From positions 4,174-68,173 of the forward strand of contig CALGLP010000015.1 of assembly GCA_937930175.1 (NCBI GenBank): DNA of 64,000 nt, written 5' to 3'. Below the pieces are notes generated by a model. The model worked only from the letters and a program-made list of their open reading frames with translations. It ran no database searches and had not been told where the DNA came from. A program made the position numbers and the translations under genes. Positions 21,258 through 30,018 of the stretch are shown here, piece after piece (within the stretch, counting starts at the first letter, position 1; each line of letters starts with the position of its first letter). The DNA comes from an uncultured bacterium (GTDB lineage Bacteria; Omnitrophota; Gorgyraeia; Zapsychrales; Aceulaceae).

Positions 21258-21673
21258 GTTTTCCTTAAATGCATAAAACTTATTGCAATGATGAGGTCAT
21301 TATATACGAGTTGCTAGTAGCCTGCAACTCTTTTAATATCAATGTATTACAATATATATCCTGACGAACAGGAAAAAGAATAGATTTCTATGGCGCGCGT
21401 TGCCTCACATTAAATGTTACTGCGACAAAACAAAACACCATTCGTTGACTCATCATTCATGTTACCGAGTCCACCGATATGGTCTTTCTTTAGCAACAAT
21501 CTTGAAAGATCAACAAGGGTTAAAAAGCGTGCTGGCATTGTCCTCTCACGAGTTCCTGAAGTCATCTATTCTCATTAATTTTACATTGAGGAAAAGAGAT
21601 GACGAAAGAATGTCTGAATGAAGGATAGTGCCAGCACGCCTCACATAAATAAAGACTTGTTCAATAACATTGA

Positions 21674-22690
21674 TCAATGAGTCAACAGGTAAATCCCTGC
21701 AAGCCCCTTGTCCAGCAACATCTGATTCAAATACTCCCCTTTTCTCGCAACAGCTTGAGCGTCAAGCTCCTGGGCGTTAAAAAATAAATCCGCTAAATAA
21801 CGGTCGTATTTATCGCTCTTTAAAGTTTTTACAATGACGAAAGCACAGGGTGCAAGAATATCTTCAACAAACTTCTTGGCCTTGAGGCCTGCCACGGTGC
21901 CGATCTCAGGGGCGTCAATACCGCTTAAGCGCAAGCGCTGGCGCGCCCAAATGCCAAAGCCGCAATCGATATTCACAAGAAGCGTATCCCCGTCGATCAC
22001 GCGCTCCACATGGGCTTTAAAAACATAGAGATCATCTTTGAGCACATCCTTAACTATTTTGATTTGATAGCCATCACCTCTCTTTTCTGAGCGCACGATA
22101 CGCATATTAGATAGGGTCCCATCGCACTTGGGCGGCACAATACGATTTTCAAAACCACAATCAATCATCATCTCGGCAGCCCTCTCATCAACATAATCTA
22201 TTTTGATGACGCGGTAATGATACAAAAGCCCGCGCTTAGGCGCTAAAATCTTACCTGCTGGGGCGGCCCCGGCGGGGCCGCCCTTCTCTTGCATCAATCC
22301 CAAAAGTTCTTTCTGGCTTAACCCTTCCTTAATAATACGCCCCTGCCAATACTTGCGGTCTTTGTCTGTTGATAACGACAGCAAACAACGATAATGCGAC
22401 CACGTTAAGGGTGTTTTAAAGTTTAGCTCTGGGAAACAGCTAAAAAATTGATGGCACTGTTGCAGGGTACGCTCATGGATTTGAAGGTCTTGAGATAAAC
22501 GCCTGGTCAGCGCGGTGAGATAAGTCGATGGGTTTTGTTTTAAATAACCATCAATACCTTGGCCAGTCTTCCAGTACACAACAACGAGTTGGCGCTGAAT
22601 ATTTTCTTGGACTTGACGGAATTCTTTTTGTAGAGCAGAAAGAAGTTGAAGATAGTCGACTTTTGGATTGATCGCGTCGATACTTGGCAT
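21674..22690 (-). CDS. Two-domain protein: DUF1016_N (YhcG N-terminal-like) + staphylococcal-nuclease (SNase/thermonuclease) domain
   Basis: N-terminus YWKTGQGI...LSQDL...TLQQCHQFFSCFP resembles DUF1016_N. C-terminus VIDGDTLLVNID...RLRLSGIDAPE matches the SNase active-site region. Confidence 0.55.
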   Translation of the reverse strand: MPSIDAINPKVDYLQLLSALQKEFRQVQENIQRQLVVVYWKTGQGIDGYLKQNPSTYLTALTRRLSQDLQIHERTLQQCHQFFSCFPELNFKTPLTWSHYRCLLSLSTDKDRKYWQGRIIKEGLSQKELLGLMQEKGGPAGAAPAGKILAPKRGLLYHYRVIKIDYVDERAAEMMIDCGFENRIVPPKCDGTLSNMRIVRSEKRGDGYQIKIVKDVLKDDLYVFKAHVERVIDGDTLLVNIDCGFGIWARQRLRLSGIDAPEIGTVAGLKAKKFVEDILAPCAFVIVKTLKSDKYDRYLADLFFNAQELDAQAVARKGEYLNQMLLDKGLAGIYLLTH

Positions 22691-22739
22691 ATTTTTTATT
22701 ACACTACACTTTCAACCCAAACCTTCTACGATCCTCACC

Positions 22740-24017
22740 CTAAAAACTCGTTTTATATTTCCAATAAATTCTATCATTACCCTTTGCTGCATTTGGGGTA
22801 TTATCCAGCGCCGCATCTTTCTTTTCTTGTAAAATCTCTTTTTCGACCCCAACAGACATTTGATCTGTTAGCTGATATTCCCCTTGCGCTTTTTGATTGA
22901 TCACATTTTTTTGCTCCTTGGTCGTTCTCTGCTCAGCCGCATAGCCGACTTGCAACTTATCCGAGAGATCTTTCTTGGCTCCTACGCCTTTTGTTTTCTG
23001 ATCGAAGGTCACGGTGACATCATGGACACCAAATTGTTGCGCAAAGCGATTGCCCTGTCCTGCAAAAAAAATATAATCCACAAAATCTTTTGTGACATCG
23101 GTTGAAAAAGTTCCCGTGGCCATCGCATCCTCAACGCTTTTCCAGCTTTTTCCTGTGGCTAACATGATCATCAGCTTTTCCTTGGACAAAGGAGGTTGCG
23201 ACGCAAGATCGACTTGAAGGGCATCGAGTGCCCCCTGAACATTAATAGCAATCTTTGTCTTTTCCACTCTGGCATTTCCTTTTAAGGTAAATCGTGGCTT
23301 AGCCCAAGGCCCTGCAAAACGTATTTCTCCAGGCTCCAAGACGATCAATACTTTTTGCGTATTCACCATCCCATTCTCAATATTCATCTTCCCAAAAAGC
23401 TCAAGGTCGCGATTGAAATTTTTAAGCGTCAAGTCCACCTTGCAGGAGCTTTGCGAAAGGATGCATCCTTGATAAACAAACTCCTTGACCACAAAATCAC
23501 CAACCACCTTGAGCTCTTGATAGTTTCCCTTAATATATACGTCAAGGCTGCGAATCTCACCTTTGAGTGGGATAAGGTTCTTAAGATTACGCTGGTATCC
23601 CATGACTTCACCCACGGTAAAACCTTGTGAAAAAATATTGATAGCGGATTGTTGCTTCTCAAATGTTCCTGAGAACACGATTGTATCCGAATCAGGAAGA
23701 ATAAGCCGCGCGTTATCAATGTTCACAGCCAGGCCATCTAAACCAAATGATGTAAAATGAATAAATAGCTTTTGTATTTTAAGCTTACTCCCTTGCGGCA
23801 GATTCTTCATGTTGTCTAACTCTAAATTCGCGAAGGTCATCCCTTCGACAAGATTACCCACAGGCTCACCCGCGGTGATCATTACATCCTGCAGATAGTG
23901 CTTCATCACCTCTCTGGCAAGAAACTGACTCCCTTGCGTTGTCCGCAAAAGCCATAGTATCCCGCAAGCACAAATAACGCCCAACATAAATAAAGCGAAG
24001 AATACTTTTTTTCTCAT
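22740..24017 (-). CDS. Membrane-anchored AsmA/TamB-like protein (DUF490-like C-terminus)
   Basis: N-terminal TM helix; the C-terminal segment LASQPPLSKEKLMIMLATGKSW resembles the TamB C-terminal motif. Confidence 0.45.
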   Translation of the reverse strand: MRKKVFFALFMLGVICACGILWLLRTTQGSQFLAREVMKHYLQDVMITAGEPVGNLVEGMTFANLELDNMKNLPQGSKLKIQKLFIHFTSFGLDGLAVNIDNARLILPDSDTIVFSGTFEKQQSAINIFSQGFTVGEVMGYQRNLKNLIPLKGEIRSLDVYIKGNYQELKVVGDFVVKEFVYQGCILSQSSCKVDLTLKNFNRDLELFGKMNIENGMVNTQKVLIVLEPGEIRFAGPWAKPRFTLKGNARVEKTKIAINVQGALDALQVDLASQPPLSKEKLMIMLATGKSWKSVEDAMATGTFSTDVTKDFVDYIFFAGQGNRFAQQFGVHDVTVTFDQKTKGVGAKKDLSDKLQVGYAAEQRTTKEQKNVINQKAQGEYQLTDQMSVGVEKEILQEKKDAALDNTPNAAKGNDRIYWKYKTSF

Positions 24018-24124
24018 TATTTAATTTTACCCTTGAAAACGATTGACAGGCTTAGCCCTACCCTGCAAGTTAAAAAATGCTTAAACCTTTTTACCGCTTG
24101 TCCTAACCGCAATTCGCTACAATC

Positions 24125-24394
24125 CTACCTGGAATACCCGTACTTCGTGTAATCAACGCCAATCGATTCCATGTCGGTCTTCATGGGCCCATGAAAGCCA
24201 AACGGGGTCTCAGCGAAAAACGCATCAATCACATCTTTTTCCGTCACTTCCAGGCGCTTATCTTGCAAAACAAGACTGAGTGCTTTTTTCGACACCTTGT
24301 CTTTCGCGATCGGACGCAAGAAAACCGGAGTCTTCTCGATCAATTGATTAAAAACCTCTTGCGCTCTCTGATGCCAACAAATATTGTCTGCCAT
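24125..24394 (-). CDS. Small PCP_red-like (PF08369-like) domain protein
   Basis: The pattern AQEVFNQLIEKTPVFLRPIAKDKVSKKALSLV...ITEKDVIDAF resembles the protochlorophyllide-reductase C-terminal domain. Start at the ATG with an AAGGAG ribosome-binding site. Confidence 0.45.
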   Translation of the reverse strand: MADNICWHQRAQEVFNQLIEKTPVFLRPIAKDKVSKKALSLVLQDKRLEVTEKDVIDAFFAETPFGFHGPMKTDMESIGVDYTKYGYSR

Positions 24395-24426
24395 GTTAAA
24401 GGCTCCTTGCCTATTTAAACCCAAAG

Positions 24427-25263
24427 CTACTTTATCGGACCTGATCTGTCAAATGGATAATAAATCTTAAACGCTTTACCTTGTATATAATTTCTTGGGA
24501 CAAATCCCCAGTATCTGCTATCCATACTTTCAGCGCTGTTATCTCCTAGAACAAAATAACTGGCTACTGGTATTCTTATAGATTGACCTTTTTTAGCATA
24601 ATCTCCCCGATTGTAATAATACAGACTAGCAATCGATGGGTCATTGAGAGCAATTCCGTTAATTAAAACTCTTCCATCCTTTATTTCCACGGTTTCACCT
24701 GGCAAGCCTATCAACCGCTTAACAAATATCTTCTTTATGTCTTCTGGATAGATAAAGACAACGATGTCACCTCGCTGAGGCTCTGAAGTCTTATATATAG
24801 CTTTATCGACCAATATCCTATCGCCCTGCATGATCGCAGGCTTCATTGTTGCTGTCGGCAATCGAAATGCCTGAACCACGTTGGAGCGAATATAATTGAT
24901 AAATATTGGACTAACATTAAACATGTAAAAAAAGAGCATACCGGCAATAAAGAAAAAACGTTTTCCGGCCGATATCTTTCTCGCGAGATTATTCACCTGG
25001 TTATACTGCTTGGCGCACTGGTAAGCGTCAACCAAGATATACAGGCTAAACCCAATCCCAACAGGAATGAGGCCAAGGATCAGAAAGGAAATTCTTGTCC
25101 CCGGGTTCACAAAATAACTAAACACGCCAATCAAGACTATCGCGTAAATGAGCAAAAAAAGAACTCCACGCTTAACCCGTCCTGCATATATCTGCCCGAG
25201 CCCTGGAAGCAAGAACGCTAGCATCAACGCCATCAATGGTTCTTTAGATTTTTGATTAGCCAT
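24427..25263 (-). CDS. lepB: Signal peptidase I
   Basis: TATMKPAI (the SMxPT box) and GDNSAESMDSRYWGFVP boxes, with N-terminal TM helices. Confidence 0.85.
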   Translation of the reverse strand: MANQKSKEPLMALMLAFLLPGLGQIYAGRVKRGVLFLLIYAIVLIGVFSYFVNPGTRISFLILGLIPVGIGFSLYILVDAYQCAKQYNQVNNLARKISAGKRFFFIAGMLFFYMFNVSPIFINYIRSNVVQAFRLPTATMKPAIMQGDRILVDKAIYKTSEPQRGDIVVFIYPEDIKKIFVKRLIGLPGETVEIKDGRVLINGIALNDPSIASLYYYNRGDYAKKGQSIRIPVASYFVLGDNSAESMDSRYWGFVPRNYIQGKAFKIYYPFDRSGPIK

Positions 25264-25300
25264 TTTCTATCCCTTCTTTAATAGAAGTGTTCAGAGGAAG

Positions 25301-25325
25301 CCCTCTCCACCCCGCGGGTGGAAAG
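25301..25325. repeat. GC-rich palindromic repeat, copy A (CTCCACCCCGCGGGTGGAAAG)
   Basis: Near-perfect inverted repeat CCACCC/CGCG/GGTGG. Paralogous to the copy at 26671-26697. Confidence 0.7.
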
Positions 25326-25384
25326 AATGTTACTTGCGATACAAGCTTAAGAGCTCCTATCGTTTCCTTGAGCGCAACCAAGAC

Positions 25385-26584
25385 TCAGAGACTCCTTTCA
25401 GCCCAGAAATCCTGAGAAAACTTTTCAAGCGTCAAGAATCGCACAGAGCAATGTCCCTGCGAGATCTCTTGTTCTATGGTCTCGTTGACAACATAGGCCA
25501 GCTTGACATCTGGATACCGCAAAAGGAATCTTGTGAGGCCTGCAGGAACCTGGGTACCGGCCAGCCTGCTTTTTACTTCAATCGGAATAGGCTTTCTATC
25601 TTTCACAAGAATAAAATCAACTTCTGCACCATCTTTTGTTCTCCAAAACTTAATCTCCATATTAGGTCTAAGCCCAAGACGCAGGCACAAGAAAACAAAC
25701 GATTCAAGGATAGCCCCCTTGTCCGGCCTGGAATCAAGAGCAGAAAAATCCTTCAAGAGCATGTTCCTCACACCCAGGTCGTAGAGATACGTCTTGCAAG
25801 ATTTTTTTAGCTCATTGCCTAAATTTCTTGAATAACTGTAGACGCGGCAATTGACATAGGTTTCCTCAAGAATATCCAGGTAGCGGTTCACGGCCTTGGA
25901 GCTTAAGCCCACTTCACTGCTTAAAGAATGGACAGAAATAGCTGAACCCTGATTCTGGGCTAATAAATATAAAAGATGATTAAACGCACGGATGTTCTCC
26001 TCCTTAATCAAAGACTTAACATCCTTTAAGATATAGCTTCCGACAATTTCATTAAGCATTTGCTGTTTTCGCTCTTGCGAATCCGTGTGACATAAGCCCG
26101 GCATGCCGCCAAAGCGCAAATAATCATCCAGCGTCACCGATGGAATACTATTCTTCATTTCAACGTATTCCAAAGGGTAAATACGGTACAAAAACCTTCT
26201 GCCTGCTAAACTTTCTTTCAAATGCTTATGGATCTCGATGGAGGATGACCCAGAACAAAAAACTTTGATCTTCTTCTTAGAATCAAAGATCGCTTTGAAT
26301 ATCTTAGAAATATTCTTCACATATTGGAATTCATCAATAAAAACAACATCACCGGACCCCTGAAGGAGTTCGATGATCTTTTTGTCTGAACGGTTAAAAT
26401 CAGTTAAGACCTGAGGTTGCTCCAAATCAAAAAAAGCTGTTTTAAGCCCTTGTTCTCTGGCATGATTTTCAAGCATTCGTAACAATGTTGTCTTGCCGAC
26501 TTGACGCGGGCCTAAAAGAACAACGATCTCCGGCTGGGCTAATTCTTGCTGTAACTTCTTTAGAATATTACGCTTAATGATCAT
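25385..26584 (-). CDS. AAA family ATPase (AAA_14 + DUF4143)
   Basis: Walker A LLGPRQVGKTTLL, and a C-terminal DUF4143-like region (FWRTKDGAEVDFIL...). Confidence 0.8.
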   Translation of the reverse strand: MIIKRNILKKLQQELAQPEIVVLLGPRQVGKTTLLRMLENHAREQGLKTAFFDLEQPQVLTDFNRSDKKIIELLQGSGDVVFIDEFQYVKNISKIFKAIFDSKKKIKVFCSGSSSIEIHKHLKESLAGRRFLYRIYPLEYVEMKNSIPSVTLDDYLRFGGMPGLCHTDSQERKQQMLNEIVGSYILKDVKSLIKEENIRAFNHLLYLLAQNQGSAISVHSLSSEVGLSSKAVNRYLDILEETYVNCRVYSYSRNLGNELKKSCKTYLYDLGVRNMLLKDFSALDSRPDKGAILESFVFLCLRLGLRPNMEIKFWRTKDGAEVDFILVKDRKPIPIEVKSRLAGTQVPAGLTRFLLRYPDVKLAYVVNETIEQEISQGHCSVRFLTLEKFSQDFWAERSL

Positions 26585-26670
26585 AATGACGAATATAACC
26601 TATTAGGTCAAAAAAGTCAACTTACTTCTACCCCTGAAAAAACCGCTTTTCATTCACCAAGAAAAGAAAT

Positions 26671-26697
26671 CCTTCTCCCCACCCCGCGGATGGATAA
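26671..26697. repeat. GC-rich palindromic repeat, copy B (CTCCCCACCCCGCGGATGGATAAG)
   Basis: Same orientation as copy A and about 80% identity to it over roughly 30 bp. Lies upstream of the ATPase gene. Confidence 0.7.
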
Positions 26698-26702
26698 GGC
26701 GC

Positions 26703-27209
26703 CTACCAATAAAGTCGCTTAAATCGCTGCGAGTATTTCTTGATCCATTCTCTGGAGGCCTCCTCCAAAGAAACCTCGCGTCCCAGCTGCAGACTCAATA
26801 GATCACGATATTCAGAAATCAAATAAATCTGCTCGATCATTTTGACCTTAAAGGCTTCACGCAACTTTAGAAAACTAACCGCAATATCATAAAGTTTTGT
26901 TTCTAAATTCTCAACACACCGGACAACCTTTGCCTTGATGTTAAAGATCTTGTCTTCAAACGGCATCTTGATCGCAATGAGCGCCCCGGGCTTCACCAAA
27001 TGCTTAGCAGAAAAAAGCAATCCGCCGATGCTGACATTGATCGTTTCTGACGTCCCTTCACTTGGCTGCTGACCGGGTTTAGGTCTCACAACTTCATAGG
27101 CCAAGGGCAAGGCGAGCGGATGGCGGATAAAATGCCGGTTCTCAATAACCTGGACAACGCGGATATCTTTAATCTTCCTCGTCTGACTTTTCTTTAGATT
27201 TCTTGTCAT
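26703..27209 (-). CDS. PilZ-domain protein (c-di-GMP-binding)
   Basis: RHFIRHP (the RxxxR motif) and NVSIGGLLF (the DxSxGG motif). Confidence 0.7.
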   Translation of the reverse strand: MTRNLKKSQTRKIKDIRVVQVIENRHFIRHPLALPLAYEVVRPKPGQQPSEGTSETINVSIGGLLFSAKHLVKPGALIAIKMPFEDKIFNIKAKVVRCVENLETKLYDIAVSFLKLREAFKVKMIEQIYLISEYRDLLSLQLGREVSLEEASREWIKKYSQRFKRLYW

Positions 27210-27210
27210 A

Positions 27211-27660
27211 TCATTTCTCCTTCAACATTCTTACGCTTTCAATCTGAAATAACTTTCTAATGTCACTTCGCATAAAATAAACAATTATTGCAATATTAAC
27301 TATCACCCTAACTGTTGCTTCAACAATGCCTGAGGGCATATCTACAACAGAAACAAAGATGCCGGATAATAACAAAAAAACAACGACATACCACGCCCAT
27401 TTCATTGCCCTTCCAAGGCCAATGCTGACAAAAAGAAGGAGAAGGCACACGCAAAGAGAGCTAACAATTCTAAAGATAGAAAAAGGCACGTTCCCTTCCC
27501 AAATCTTAAGCAATAATACGACAAGAGATATTACAAAACCAGGAATGGATATAATGAAAAGAATCCCTTCGATTATCTTTATTCCCAAAGGTATTCTTTT
27601 GTTGCCTTCTTCCATTTCCTTTTGGCGTTTCTTTTTGATCTCTGCAAAAGTTTCGCTCAT
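27211..27660 (-). CDS. Small polytopic membrane protein, hypothetical
   Basis: Three or four TM helices. Start set at MSETF with a strong GGGAGG ribosome-binding site. Confidence 0.5.
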   Translation of the reverse strand: MSETFAEIKKKRQKEMEEGNKRIPLGIKIIEGILFIISIPGFVISLVVLLLKIWEGNVPFSIFRIVSSLCVCLLLLFVSIGLGRAMKWAWYVVVFLLLSGIFVSVVDMPSGIVEATVRVIVNIAIIVYFMRSDIRKLFQIESVRMLKEK

Positions 27661-27845
27661 GATGCCTCCCATTTAAACGATTTCCACCAAAAAAACAATC
27701 CCTTGTGGGATTGCCTCCAACGCTTAATTTCTTTTGCCGTACACCATGGAGTTATTTTATCCCTTGCCTGATTCCCTGACAATCAAAAGATAAAAAGAAA
27801 TTCGATTAACACAAAAAATTCGATATAATGATTTCATAAATCATT

Positions 27846-29021
27846 ATGATAAGAAAAACCGTAAAAACTTTTAAACGCATTTCTTGGGATACTGCTGCAA
27901 AGGCAAAACTCTTCTCTGGGCTTATGCTTCTTTTGCTTCTTCCTGCTCTTGCGCTTGCTCAAACAACCGTCTCTCCCCGATCGGCCCAAACACCGTCTCA
28001 GATGAGAACTGCTTTCTCAAATATCGCCCTAAGCAAGAGATATGTTGAGCTGGGAAAAGAATATCTTCAAAATCAACGCTATGATGAGGCGATTACGCAG
28101 CTTGAAGCCGCGATCACCTTTGCCCCCAACCGGGCTGAGCCCTACGCCTATCTGGCAGATGCCTATATCCAAGAAGGAAATATCCCCCAGGCCCAAAACA
28201 CGCTTGCGTTAGCGCGAGAAACCACGCTCGATAACGATCCAGAAAGGTACTTACTTCTTTATTATCAAGGGTATATCGATTTTCTCGCCGAGGATTATCT
28301 CGCAGCCAAAGAAGACTTCTCCGCAGCGCTTGCCATCAATCCTGATTTTAAAGAAGCTGCCTCTAAGCTCGCGCTCACCCAAGAAAAACTTTCTGCCACC
28401 AAGAAAAAGGTCAAGGCCAAGACTGCCATAAAAGAATCAAAGGCACAATCTCGCGTGGCTTCTGTACCAGAAAAGAAAAAAGCCCAAGCTAAGCAAATCA
28501 AGAAAATCGATGATGCGTTAAAACTTTACGAGAAGAAGAGTCAAGAAATGAACTCGATCCAGCAAGCCAACCGTTACTTTGAAGAAGGGTCAACAGCCTT
28601 TGGCCGCGGGGATCTTGAGAAAGCGATTCAGCTATTTAACGAAAGCATTAGCTTAAACCCAAAGAGAGCAGAAACACATTTTCGCTTGAGCTCTATTTAT
28701 ATTGCTCAAAAAGATTTTGAAAAAGCTATTATTTGCCTTAAAAAAGCCATTGATTGTGATCCAAAATTTACAAAAGCGTATATCAACCTAGGCAGCGCCT
28801 ATGCCACAACGCAAAACTATGCTCTGGCGATTAGCGCCTTTGAAAAGGCACTCAAACTCGACAACCAAAATCCAAATATTTATTACAACATGGGAATGAT
28901 TTACACGATGCAAGGAAAGAGCCCTGAGGCAGAGAAATTCCTGGCAGAAGCCAAGCGGCTGGCCCAAGAAACAGATAATCCTAAACTTTTAGATAAAATC
29001 GAAAAAGCGACGATCAAATAA
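27846..29021 (+). CDS. Secreted tetratricopeptide-repeat (TPR) protein
   Basis: Signal peptide plus multiple TPR units (AYINLGSAYATTQNYALAISAFEKALKLD...). Confidence 0.75.
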   Translation: MIRKTVKTFKRISWDTAAKAKLFSGLMLLLLLPALALAQTTVSPRSAQTPSQMRTAFSNIALSKRYVELGKEYLQNQRYDEAITQLEAAITFAPNRAEPYAYLADAYIQEGNIPQAQNTLALARETTLDNDPERYLLLYYQGYIDFLAEDYLAAKEDFSAALAINPDFKEAASKLALTQEKLSATKKKVKAKTAIKESKAQSRVASVPEKKKAQAKQIKKIDDALKLYEKKSQEMNSIQQANRYFEEGSTAFGRGDLEKAIQLFNESISLNPKRAETHFRLSSIYIAQKDFEKAIICLKKAIDCDPKFTKAYINLGSAYATTQNYALAISAFEKALKLDNQNPNIYYNMGMIYTMQGKSPEAEKFLAEAKRLAQETDNPKLLDKIEKATIK

Positions 29022-29068
29022 CGCTAAAGGGAAAAAGAGGAACGGTTTCCGCATTTTTCCATATCTTT

Positions 29069-29425
29069 TTATTCCTCTACTTCTTCTGTTGCCCACCCTT
29101 CAAAAACAAATTCTGGATCCATCAGGGGCTTATCGTAAGGCGGAAGGGCAAATGTTGCGATATCAAAAGCTCCCGACGCCGCCCTGACCACTCCGTACCC
29201 GACACCCTTGGCTGCTCCAAAAACAAGGCCTGTCAGAGGGTCACGCTCTTGCGCGGTTAAATACGCGTGCTTAAACACCTCCACCCAGCAGGTTGCGCCG
29301 TTAAAAATACCACGGCCTAACTTCGTCGCCGCGGAATCCCCTTCCCCAGCATGAGCGTTAACGGCCATCAGCGAGAAACCAACCACGAGCACTGCCACAG
29401 CATACACCTTTACGACTTTTTTCAT
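29069..29425 (-). CDS. Exosortase-system-associated small secreted protein (TIGR04073-like)
   Basis: Signal peptide, then KLGRGIFNGATCWVEVFKH...GVGYGVVRAASGAFDIATFALP...DPEFVFEGW matches the family pattern KLGRGxxNxxTGWxEIPK...RTxVGxYExxTFPxP...EPEFV. Confidence 0.65.
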   Translation of the reverse strand: MKKVVKVYAVAVLVVGFSLMAVNAHAGEGDSAATKLGRGIFNGATCWVEVFKHAYLTAQERDPLTGLVFGAAKGVGYGVVRAASGAFDIATFALPPYDKPLMDPEFVFEGWATEEVEE

Positions 29426-30018
29426 TTTGTTCCCTCCTTATTTAAAGTTGCTTTAGATAATTCAACTCATTAAATCTTTTTCCTTTTGAGCTTATTTAAG
29501 GTGCTAAAACGCCATACTGGATAATTACAGTATGTATAGCATGGATTGACACAATTTCAAGGCCTCTACAAGGGTGTCAAGAAAGCGCTTTCGTTTTTTG
29601 CTCTTTCTCGTCGAGAAACGCCAAAACAATCCTAAAAAAAGTCTTACATTTTTTCTTTAAACGCCTTTTTTTCTAGAATATTTCCAAAAGAAGACAGGCT
29701 TTGGCTTGCGGGAATATATTCTTGTCAGAGGACATCGCTCGCCCTAAACATTCTTAAGATCATCTTTCTTTTGCGCGATGCCCAGCCGCCAAAAGCAAAC
29801 CTTTTTTAGACTCCAGGCAGCTTATCGCTACAAATGAGCTCTTAAAAAACGAGAGCAAATCTAGCATCAATAATGCGCGCGTTAGACCTTGCCTGAGCCT
29901 TTAACAGTCCTGCTCTTTCTCCCTACCTTTAAATCCGACCCTTTCCATGCTATACTTTCCTTAATAGTTAGGTTGAAAACAAAAAACTTGAATAAGGCGC
30001 AAACAGAAGGATCTTCTT

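Noticed and set aside
27690-27715. Hairpin CAATCCC-ttgt-GGGATTG with a T7 run on the minus strand, upstream of gene 27211..27660
   Set aside because: Its orientation, terminating into the start of a gene with no upstream minus-strand gene nearby, makes a terminator role unconvincing. It could be an attenuator, but the evidence is too weak to list.
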